A stretch of 44,107 nucleotides of DNA from Basidiobolus meristosporus CBS 931.73 (lineage: Eukaryota > Fungi > Basidiobolomycota), in contig MCFE01000699.1 in NCBI GenBank assembly GCA_002104905.1, forward strand, positions 1 through 44,107. The letters are read 5' to 3'. Positions 1 to 9,380 of the stretch are shown one piece after another; the first letter of the stretch is position 1; each line of letters begins with the position of its first letter. The translations under genes were made by a program, and so were the position numbers. Below the pieces are notes generated by a model. The model searched no databases and was not told where the DNA came from. It saw only the letters and a list, made by a program, of their open reading frames with translations.

Positions 1-10
1 ACTCATTGAT

Positions 11-2329
11 TTAGTAACTGGCGCTATTTCTTATCCCATTGGATCTTGGGGCATTTGATACTGGAAGGATCACTTCTGGGATATTCCTGGGCACTGATTC
101 TGGCTGAACCACATTGGTAGAGTCCTCTGGAGTGAAAAAATTATCATTGTTTTGCTCTGATTCAATCCTGACAATTGGTGGAGTTGATATCAAATTTTTG
201 TCATCATCTGATGTCTTTTTGTGTGAGACTTTTGAATTTTCATTAAGCAACACATCCCTGGGCTTGATTAGCTTCTTTGCTTTGGTATTGTAGAGTCTGT
301 ATGCTTAACTCTCATTGCAGTAGCACAAAATATGCATTTTACACTGTTTGGCTCAAATTTTGACTGATTTCCGGCCAGTTTTTTGGCATATGCTGTACAC
401 CTAAATATTCTTAGATGTACTGCACTTGGTCTGTATCCGTACCATGCTTTGAATGGAGTAGAATCACAAAGCATTCTGTTATAACTTCTATTTTTAAGGT
501 ATACTGTAGTGGTGACTGATTCTGCCCAAAAATCATAGGATAATTTTTGATCATGGATCATAGATCTTGCCATATCAATTATTGATCTGTTAGCACATTC
601 TGCTACTCCATTTTGCTGTGGGGAGTATGGGACAGTAGTCCCTTGCTTTATCCCATGAATTTTGCAGAAGTGGATGAAGAGTTTTGAGGCATATTCTCCA
701 CCATTGTCAGAGTGTATTTTCTTGATTTTTTCACCAGTTTCTCTCTCCACCATGGCTTTAAACTCCCTGAACTTAGACAGAGCTTCTTCTTTTCTCTCCA
801 TGAAGTAGACCCATGTGTATCTTGTATAATCATCAATAAAAGTGGTTAAATGCTTCATCCTGCCTGAGGATAAATTTTGCATAGGTTCACATAGATCTGA
901 GTATATTAGATCTAATTTTTTCTTAGTTTTGATTAGCCCATAGCTCTTGAGCAGTTGTCTGACTTGCTTACCATATATGCAGGCTTCACAGTGCTTCAAA
1001 TTATCTGGGGGATCAATTTTACCCCAGAAATTAGCTGATCTTTGATCATTTTACACAAATAATCAAAATTGATGTGCCCAAATCTCCTGTGCCAAAGCAT
1101 TGGTGTTTCTTCACTTAAGTTACTTATATTGGCTTCAAGATATAATGGAATATAAGGCAACTTGTATAGATTCTGATCTCTGATGCCCAAAGCAATATGG
1201 GCACCATTTTGATCAGTGATCCTGCATCCAGAATTGTCAAAACTGAAACTGAGTCCTTCTGCTGTGGCCTTGCTTACAGAGAGTAGGTTCTTGGCTATTT
1301 CTGGTACATAGAGTACTTCTTTAAAGGTCAGTGTATGGCTTCCTTCACTGCTTCTAAGGTTTACTTGGATAGTTCCTTCTCCCACTGCATCAAGTGTTCT
1401 ATTGTCACCATGAAAACATTCTTGATTGGAATTTTTTGATATTGGGTAAAAAGTTCTTTTTGGTGTGTAAGGTGTTAAGATGCTCCAGTGTCAATATATC
1501 ACATCTGAGAATCCTAGTTTCTGGTCATATTTACTGCAGATATGAATAGTCTATCTTCAGTTGTTGCAGCATTTCCATATTCAGGCTTCTTTTGCTGATT
1601 ATCTTTCTTTTTGAGACACCAGTCTGATGTGCGTCCTTTCCTTTTGCAGTATTTACAAAACAGGTTGCTGTTGACTTTGTAGGGTCTTGGGTACCTTCTT
1701 TGTTGGCTATCATTGCTTAATAAAGCATTTTCCTCTTCCTTCTTATTTGTGCTTGATTCTCTTAATTCTTCATCCAGGAGCCATCCATATACGTAATTTA
1801 AGGTCAAATCTTCAGTTCTGGACTCTAGGGCTGATACAAGGCCCTGAAATCTGTCTTTCAGGTTATTCAGGATGGTAACTATCACATCCTCATCAGTAGT
1901 TGGTACGCCCACAGATTCCATCTCAGCTACCAGCAGGGTAATTCTGTTAATTAGATTTTTCTTTTCTTCTCCTGGGAGCATCTTAGTAGTAAAGGGTTTG
2001 TCTCAGATACACTTTGTAGCAGCTGAACATGACTGTTAGGTGTCTTCTAATGCCTTCCAGGCATTCTTTGCTGTTTTTGCTCTTGAGCATTGAATTAGCA
2101 ATTTGTCTTTAACATTAAGGCAAATGCAGTTGAAGGCACTTTGTTCTTTCCTCTGGTACTTTAAGACTTCCTCTCCCACGTTTTTAGGAGGGCATTCTTC
2201 TCCCATGACAATATCCCAAAGGCCTCTTTCTTGTAGCAGCATCTTCATCTTCACCTTCCACACTTGGTAGTTAGATCCATCCAACTTTTTGGCAGAGGGA
2301 AAAATTCCAGTGATAGCAGTAGTAGACAT
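11..2329 (-). pseudogene. Disrupted copia gag-pol of copy A
   Basis: Split into ORFs 2036-2602, 1514-1981, 996-1385, 268-999 and 11-253 by stops and frameshifts. Likely start is MSTTAITG (ATG at 2329). Confidence 0.9.
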
Positions 2330-2346
2330 TGCAGAGAGTGACAGCT

Positions 2347-2360
2347 CAGGGCTCATAACC
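2347..2360 (-). other. Primer-binding site complementary to the anticodon stem-loop of initiator tRNA-Met (Ty5/copia half-tRNA type)
   Basis: Minus strand reads GGTTATGAGCCCTG immediately after the LTR end. The plus strand CAGGGCTCATAACC matches the yeast-type tRNAi-Met anticodon arm. The same motif is at 19650-19663. Confidence 0.85.
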
Positions 2361-2709
2361 TGTTGTAAGAGTCTTGGAGATATTGGAAGTGATTGGGAGA
2401 ACAAGTAGATTGTGTGGGTTTCACTTAATGATTTTTTGAATGTAAAAGTAGTATTTATACTTTTACCTGGTCTTGGCATTACAAACACATAGAATAGGTT
2501 AAGGAAGGTCCCAAGAACATGTGTGCAAAGTTTGGGGCTGTTTGGACAACTTTGAGAATTTTCATGTTCTAGGTACCTGGTATTTTGGTGAAAATATTCC
2601 AAGTAAATCCCAACAAGGGATTTGCTCAGTGTTCTCTTGGATTTGAAGGTAATGATCTAAGTGACTAAGTTGGGTGAGTATTTAGGTGAAATTACAAATT
2701 TTTACAACA
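2361..2709 (-). repeat. Copia LTR (349 bp), shared as 5' LTR of copy A and 3' LTR of copy B
   Basis: Termini TGTTGTAA...TTACAACA form an 8-bp inverted repeat. A PBS lies on one side and a polypurine tract (GAGTGGGAG on minus, 2710-2718) on the other. Confidence 0.95.
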
Positions 2710-3951
2710 CTCCCACTCAACTAAATGTTCATACTGACTAGTCCTAATTTTGACTTATATTATTCATACATGTCACTGGCTAATGGCTTGGTGAATATGT
2801 CAGCAAGCATTTCATCAGTAGGACAGTAAGTCAAGATAACTAGGTTATCCCCTATAGCTTCACATATGAAATGATTTCCAATATCTAAGTGCTTAGTTCT
2901 AGCATGAAAAGCTGGATTTCTACCTAATTGTGTACATCCTCAATTATCATGAAATAAAGTAATAGGCACCTTTTGACATAAGCCTCAATCTTTAAAAAGC
3001 TTCCTTAACCACATTGCTTCTTTGGTAGCTTCACAGGCTCCCATATGCTCTGCCCCTGTGGTAGAAAGTGCTATAGTTGGTTGCTTTCTTGAATCCCATG
3101 AAATTGCTCCTTTACAGTAAAGAAAGGTGTATCCTGTGGTGGATCTTCTGTCTGCTAAGTTTTGTCCCCAACCAGCATCAGAGTATCCCACAATATCTTG
3201 TTCTGAATCCATATTGGTGTACCTTCAGCAGATATCAGCAGTTCCTTTTAGGTATCTTAAAACTCACTTAACTGCTGTAATATGATCAGACTAATAGATC
3301 TGATTATGCTGGCTGACAACTGCCACTGGATATGAGATATCTGGACATATTCCAAGCATGCTATGCCTCAGACAGCTGACCATAGACTGATAAGGAAAGT
3401 CAGGGCTTTCAGATGGCACCAAGCTCTCTTGATTTAGCTGAGATTTGATCAAGCTAAGGTTTGTCCCCATTGGGGTAGCTGCCAGCTAACAGTCTTCCAT
3501 TTAATACCTCTTAAGTATATCTTAAATATACTTGAACTGGCTTGGGGCAATAGTCTGAGTACTTCTGTCTATAAAGAACCTTATCCCTAAGTAGTAACTA
3601 GTTCTCTGAGATCAGATATTGTAAACTCTTTAGATAGGCTGGATTTAGTCTCTTCCAATGTTTCTAGGTTATTGGCGGCTTTAGTAAGATCATCTGCATA
3701 TAGATCTAATAGCACTGGATTTGTTCTATCTGGCCTGTAGTATATACTATAGTCAGCATTGCTCCTTTTGAGACTCAAAAATTCCAAATAAGAATCTATC
3801 TGGCAATTCCAGGTTTTTGATATTGTATCGGTCCATATAGAGATTTTTTAAGCTTGCAGTCCAAATGGGGATTATTTTGGTCAGAAAACCCATCAGGCTG
3901 GCTCATGCGCACATCCTGATCAAGTTTTCCACTCAAAAATGCAGCTTTTAC
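2710..3951 (-). pseudogene. Copia copy B, 3' remnant (PPT, RNase H, C-terminal RT), heavily degraded and truncated
   Basis: Fragments GYSDAGWGQNLADRRSTTGY (RNase H) and LYADDL (RT); collinear with 15678-16920. Confidence 0.9.
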
Positions 3952-3953
3952 AA

Positions 3954-4248
3954 GAGAACAAGTAGATTATGTGGTTTTCACTTGATGATTTATTGAATGT
4001 AAAAGTAGTATTTATACTTTTACCTGGTCTTGGCATTACAAACATGTAGAATAGGTTAAGGAAGGTCCCAAGAACATGTGTGCAAAGTGTGGGGCTGTTT
4101 GGACAACTTTGAGAATTTTCATGTTCTGGGTAAATATTCTAAGTAAATCCCGACAAGGAATTTGGTCAGTATTCTCTAGGATTTGAAGGTGATGATCTAA
4201 GTGACTAAGTTAGGTGAATATTTAGGTGGAATTACAAACTTTAGAACA
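3954..4248 (-). repeat. Partial copia LTR (332-bp subtype) fused to the RT remnant
   Basis: Nearly identical to 19700-19995 and followed by the same TTCTG flank. Confidence 0.9.
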
Positions 4249-5496
4249 TTCTGTACAATGCTACCATACCTGTTTATCAAGTGGCATTTCCTTTTTCTAC
4301 CTCCCCTGATACAATTTATATATTCCACTGTAGAATCACCCCTCTTTATCTGCTTACCTACTACTACCTTGGGTATTCCACATATAGTTTGAATCAAAAA
4401 ATACTATGGCCTCCTGCTTACTAACCTCTACAAACGTGCACACCTGGCACAACTGATATACTTCTATCACCTCAACTTTACAGCTTTTTAGTGTGAAACT
4501 TACAAAGTTGCCATATACGTGGTACTACTGGTAACATATACATCTTGCAAACATATGCTTGGTTGTCACCACTTCTGCCATGAATACCTCCTGAATATCC
4601 ACAAAGAACTTCTTGGTATTTAGCCAATATATTCCTTCTCCCCGTGGGACTCTAGTGCCCCTTATAGGTGTGCTCTGGCTCTTGTTTGTATGAATTCCAT
4701 ATTGAATGATGTAGAAGTTGGCTTGTGACCATGAGAAATCTGGCATACCTTGGTAGAGTTTTGCTGATAGAAATTAGTTGCTTGTTGCACCCAATCCAAC
4801 TTTGCTTTACTTAACTGATTACCCACACATTTGGGCTGCTTAGCTTCTTAATGCCTTAGGCATAGGTGTCTCCTTGTGTACATCTGTCCTCAGTATTTTC
4901 CAGTTATTCCTGGCTGTCCTCCATGTGCCAACTCATCTCATCCATGACAGACTTGAAGGTAATATTCTTGATGAGATTGCAATATGGTAGCACCTGCAAC
5001 TTGACTTGTCTTCCTATCTCCCCACACATCTGCTCCATAGGAAACTCCCAAAAGGTGAAGCAAGGCCCAATATTCTCCACACACTGTGCAAGATGGAGTA
5101 GAGAATGGACACAGTAGTGGCAGAGATCTACATGTTCAGTTTTATGTGTGTAGTATGGCTTCTCTAATCCTGTCACAAAGTCCTTGCACTAGAGCTGTAG
5201 ATACATTGGCTGGCATTGGTGATCTACTTCAGGATAAATATTCCTACAATGTCCACATATGACTCCCAGTGCTTCCAATGTACTCTTGGTAGAAATGGCT
5301 TCAGAATGCCACTTAAATAAATACATATGCAGTTCATCCAGTGTTTGCATTTGTATTGCTGCATATGCATATGAATATTGATTGGAGCCTGTGAGAAGTA
5401 CTTAGGGTAGCAGATACTCTGTAATATCTTGCCAATTCTTCCAAATTTCTCCAGTATCTTGAAGGGCTTATTTAGCTTGAAATGCCCCATATACAA
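4249..5496 (-). pseudogene. CACTA/EnSpm (Tnp2/DUF4218-like) transposase remnant, copy 1
   Basis: VHSLLHLAQCVENIGPCFTFWEFPMEQMCGEIG resembles the HxLLH...GP...W.FPMER motif. LKPFLPRVHWKHW is also present. Homologous to 19996-20950, 26732-27030 and 30110-31690. Confidence 0.75.
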
Positions 5497-5498
5497 CT

Positions 5499-5570
5499 GG
5501 GACTTAAAGGTAATTATCTAAGTGACTAAGTTAGGTGCTTATCTTGGTGCAATTACAAGCTTTTACAAAA
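5499..5570 (-). repeat. Short copia LTR fragment
   Basis: Matches the ATCTAAGTGACTAAGTTAGGTG...TTTTACAACA end of the copia LTR. Confidence 0.75.
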
Positions 5571-5694
5571 TAGTGACACAGTCCAACAGTATTTCAATAG
5601 ACCTCAGGAGTAGTGTTAGGAGCCACACTCTTATCTTCAAAGAACTACTGTATGTACCAGAAAGAGCTCCTTGTGAGAATTAATTTGGCTCCAC
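5571..5694. mobile_element. Left piece of the segment downstream of the CACTA-like transposase (continues at 13744)
   Basis: The end TCCTTGTGAGAATTAATTTGGCTCCAC aligns with TCCCTATAAAGAATAAGTTGGTCTCAC at about 29731-29757, which runs on directly into the homolog of 13744-14098. Confidence 0.55.
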
Positions 5695-6290
5695 TGTGGT
5701 GGTGTATAAGTCCAAGGGAGATATATGTCCAACACTTCTCAAGTGTTATGTGTGTGGGGAGTTCACTGGTTGCAAACACCTCTGGCAGAAGCTTGCTAGG
5801 AATACTTGGGCTCTGTCTCCAATCTAATGTGATTGGGAAGAAAGCCACAAGCGTGTCAAGGGAAAACTATTGAGCTACAATCCCCAACTTAGTTGGTATC
5901 TTAATAGAAGTATGTGCTGGGTTCAGCATCCTTTGAGATGACAATGTACTAAAGATTCCAAAGTCAAACAACTGTAAACTCCACCAGCAGGGACTTGATA
6001 AGAGTGCTGCTGTGATCAATAGTTGCAAAGACAGAAAAGTATCTTTGCCTGTACAAGAACAAACCTGGGAAAGAATCAAATTTAATAAAAGATACCTACT
6101 CTGAGTATTCCTCACAAGTTGTGCCTCCAAGGTCAGTTGGCTGTGAGCACCATTTCCTAGGAATGTCCTGTGGTCTGGGATTAGAAGTTCAGGTAGCAGC
6201 AGGTAGCAGTGATCACCCTAATCAACAAGTCAGTATATTGATAAAAGGGATGATTATTTGTTGTTGAGGGATTGCCTCCCTTATATACTA
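5695..6290 (-). repeat. Diverged Ty3/gypsy solo LTR, R-U5 half (same family as 34212-35282)
   Basis: Reverse complement of about 34687-35282, with terminus TGTGGTGGTGTATA at 5695. It is interrupted at ACT (6288-6290) by a TIR. Confidence 0.9.
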
Positions 6291-6840
6291 GACTTGTTCC
6301 ATTGTACCATGCCAGGGCATGTGGTACAATCCACAGTCTCTAAGAACAATTGGGCCCAATATTATAGCTACCAGTAGGCAGGATTGCTCTAGGACAATTT
6401 TGCACCAGGTGGGACAATCTTGCACACTATGGCACAATCTGACACAATGAGGTTCTCATGGATGAATGCACCAACTTCTAATGTTTACATCATGTGCACA
6501 ATTGGATACCGCTATTATGGTAGGTAAAGTCTGGTATTAGGATATGATTCTTTAATGTAAAAGGAAACAAATGCTTATCATAATGTAAACTAGACTGATG
6601 CTTACCATCTTTGTTACCTTCACTCCAATTGGATGGTATCTCAGCAGCTAATTGGACCAATAGTATCCTGAAGCTATGAGCCCTTGATTGGCTCTTTGAC
6701 CAATACACAAGCTACCTGATTTGCCATCATATATCCCGTTTTGCCCATTGAACAAGCAAATCCCTGATCCTAGTGATTGGACAAGGTGTCATAGCTAGCA
6801 TGCAACCAATCAAATAGATGCAAAACAGATCAGATGGCTG

Positions 6841-7538
6841 TGTTGTATCCAAGAGAAAAGTGTAATAAAACTCTTGAATGAGTTAGCTGAACCTAGGTGA
6901 TAACTAAGTGCAGAATCTTAGAATTTTCAAGGGTAACAGAAATATTAGCAGAAAAGTTCTGGTCCAATATTGGTTTTGTATATAGTTGAGTTGGGCTATA
7001 AAGGCAACAGAGTTGGTTTGCTATACAGGCTAGGCTTGGTGTTCTTGGGAATACTAGATGTGCTAGGCTTGGGTGGAAACTAGAACAGAATTGTGGAATT
7101 CTTAATTTTGCTGAGGCACAATTTTAATTTCATTGAGACACACACTAAACCAAAAGGTTCAGTAAACTTTATTTATACTTTTCTGATTGAGTTGCATTGG
7201 TAAGCACCAAGAGACTGGACTAATTGAAATCTGTTGGGGTGTTGATAGATGCATAGGATAAATGAAAAATTGCATCATTAATTAGCTGATGTCTTGGCAA
7301 CTGCTAGGTGGTTGGATAAATCTCAGATGACTAATCACTTAGAAAGGCTTAGCAGATCAGTTGAGGACATAATGACCACATGAAAATTGATCAGGTGTGA
7401 CCTCTAAAAATTGATCTGAGAAGTGATAAAATAAACCATAACAGGGATTGGCTATGTTTGGGTTAGGGAAAATCAGTTAGGGTACTAGATTATCTAATGG
7501 AGTGAAATTGACCAAGTTCTAAATGTTGATGCACAACA
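6841..7538 (-). repeat. Chromovirus 3' LTR
   Basis: Direct repeat of 10599-11296, roughly 95% identical by eye. Confidence 0.95.
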
Positions 7539-7763
7539 TCACTTCCTCCCAGGAGAGGAGTTTTCTGATGCCTTCTGGTTTCCTCTGCAGCTCCAATACT
7601 GATCAATGATGGCAACATCACCAAAGTTGGTGTAAGGCTCCCAGGTGTTATGTTTGGCATCATAACCTTTCCACTTGACTAAATAAAGGCAATTTGGTTC
7701 TTCTCCATCACAGTCAACAGTAGTTTCAGCTTTGTAGGATTCAGAAGTAACTGGGTCTTGAGA
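7539..7763 (-). pseudogene. Integrase C-terminal chromodomain, orphaned by the deletion
   Basis: YLVKWKGYDAKHNTWEP is a classic chromodomain motif. The stop codon abuts the LTR. Confidence 0.9.
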
Positions 7764-7801
7764 TAGAACAAGCCCCAAACTAATCATAATACAACACAAC
7801 A
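7764..7801 (+). repeat. 38-bp terminal fragment of element X, inverted relative to the two full copies
   Basis: Its reverse complement TGTTGTGTTGTATTATGATTAGTTTGGGGCTTGTTCTA has 2 mismatches to the 8223 copy and 1 mismatch to the 14257 copy. Confidence 0.9.
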
Positions 7802-8194
7802 GAAGGTGTCTAGACCAATGACTACCTGAGGTCCATCTGGAATGTCAATGACTTCCATCTGATGGATTATAGTTATTGAACCACAGTGTATGCTTATTGG
7901 GTTGGTGATACCAATTCTTGGGGCTGAGAGGTCCTTAGCAGCAAGTATGATTTTTCCGGGTTGCTTTTCTATTGCCAATTTATGTTCTTTGACCACATTA
8001 GGTGATACAATAGAATTGTATGATCCAGTATCCAGTAGTCCTATGTATGATTGGGCATTGAGTTTGAGTGGCACCTCTATAGCTTTTAGCTGCGCAATTG
8101 GTTGCTTCTTTTCTTGAACAGTTGCAATTTTAGCCGGGATTTTCAAAGCAGTTGTGATAATCTTGAACTGTAAGTTCTTCATATGCTTCCTCAT
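7802..8194 (-). pseudogene. Retropepsin-like aspartic protease (5' part of pol, truncated)
   Basis: GLLDTGSYNSIVS active-site motif and the C-terminal VVIGLDT motif. Confidence 0.9.
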
Positions 8195-8222
8195 ACCCTG
8201 TCATATCATTGGTTGAATGATC

Positions 8223-9380
8223 TGTTGTGTTGTATTATGATTAGTGTGAGGCTTGTTCTACAATGTAGAGGCTAATCATCAATATACAACAACTTCCAGT
8301 ATGCTAATACTGAAATAGTTTATTGGGAGTTTGATATACCAATAGAAGATATAACTTTCACTAATTTCCTCAATCTTAGGCTCAAAATATACTGTAGGCA
8401 GTGTTTATCACTTCTACAGCAGTGTTCTGACCTTCTGTTGACTAATGGGCTTATTTACTTTTATAGTAACTTTTCCTGATTTGGAAGTCACTTTCCTTTC
8501 TGAGAAAAATATTTCCTAATAAGGAAATTCTGAACTCCCCTTTAACCTAAAGGGGTGTATTGTAGAAGTCTCTAAAGGGGTCTTTAGACTAAAGGGGTGT
8601 CTTTAGAGTAAAGGGGTTTCTTAAAGGGGTCTCTAAAGGGGTCTTTAGACTAAAGGGGTGTCTAAAGCGGTGTCTTTAGAGTAAAGGGGTTTCTTAGAGG
8701 GGACTTTTCCGACAGAAAAGTGGTAGTTTCTTGTAGAACTTAGATTGAATTCTGGGTAGCTTTGCAGTCTCTTTACTGATGTAGTACTGATCAAAGTCAG
8801 AATACTCAACAGTGCAAGTGATGCAGGGGAAGTCTTATAACCTTTAAACTTGTAACTGTAGTGTGGAGATTCTGGAAAGAGAGGCTCTCCCTTTATTTTT
8901 CAGCTGGGGAAGTCATATATATGAAAATTTTGAAGGATCAAAGTTTTTGGGCAATTGCGCAAGCAATACACGTGATACAAAGCTAAAATTCTGCAGTGGC
9001 GCAGATCGGACATAGGCGCAGCACCTGTAAAAATTTCACGTGACTTGATTGGCTGGTTCAAAAGTTACATGCAATCAAAGTCACCATAGTAATCCTAGCG
9101 ATAAGGCATAGTAGATATAATAATTGGACTCTTTTGGTCATAACTCCTTAAGTACTGCTTCAAATGAGCTGTAATTTGAAGCATGTGTTGGCTACTATGT
9201 GTTCTGTATGATATAGTATTCTTGGGTGGATTGGTAGTCGGGGTCTGGAGCATTTGTTCTTCAAAGTTGGAAATTCTTGATCTTTCTCTTGTGTGTTACG
9301 ATAGCAAAATACAAAATAAAGAAATGAGTGCAATATTGGTTTAGAGATATTGTAGTAATGGAATACTTTCCATTACCACA
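8223..9380 (-). mobile_element. Element X copy 1 (1158 bp), non-coding, probably a solo LTR of an unidentified family
   Basis: Termini TGTTGT...ACCACA with a 4-bp TSD GATC (8219-8222 and 9381-9384). It interrupts the chromovirus gag. A TATATA motif, AATAAA and a CCAAT box on the minus strand suggest that orientation. Confidence 0.85.
8537..8702. repeat. G-rich tandem array of TAAAGGGG-cored units inside element X
   Basis: About 10 units such as TAAAGGGGTCTTTAGAC, TAAAGGGGTGTC and TAAAGGGGTTTCT. Confidence 0.9.

Larger units (their letters stand above)
1..2360 (-). mobile_element. Ty1/copia retrotransposon copy A, internal region (PBS, gag, protease, integrase); runs off the left edge
   Basis: Minus-strand ORF fragments give copia Gag (KLDGSNYQVWKVKMKMLL), a zinc knuckle remnant (CKYCKRKGR), GAG-pre-integrase (LWHRRFGHIN) and integrase (DNGGEY, PQQNGVAE). 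It sits directly downstream of the LTR at 2361-2709. Confidence 0.95.

Noticed and set aside
648-836. Recurrent short off-frame or antisense ORFs in copia copies (for example 648-836, 17947-18135, 18631-18834, 25353-25556)
   Set aside because: They are shadows of the gag-pol frame that recur through sequence similarity.
5690-5694. TSD for the split gypsy solo LTR
   Set aside because: The flanks (TCCAC and CTGCA) match only partly, so no TSD is claimed. The insertion is supported by flank continuity with copy 3 instead.
8537-8702. CRISPR-like array or a true telomere
   Set aside because: There are no unique spacers or cas genes. The units are irregular and internal to a mobile element.
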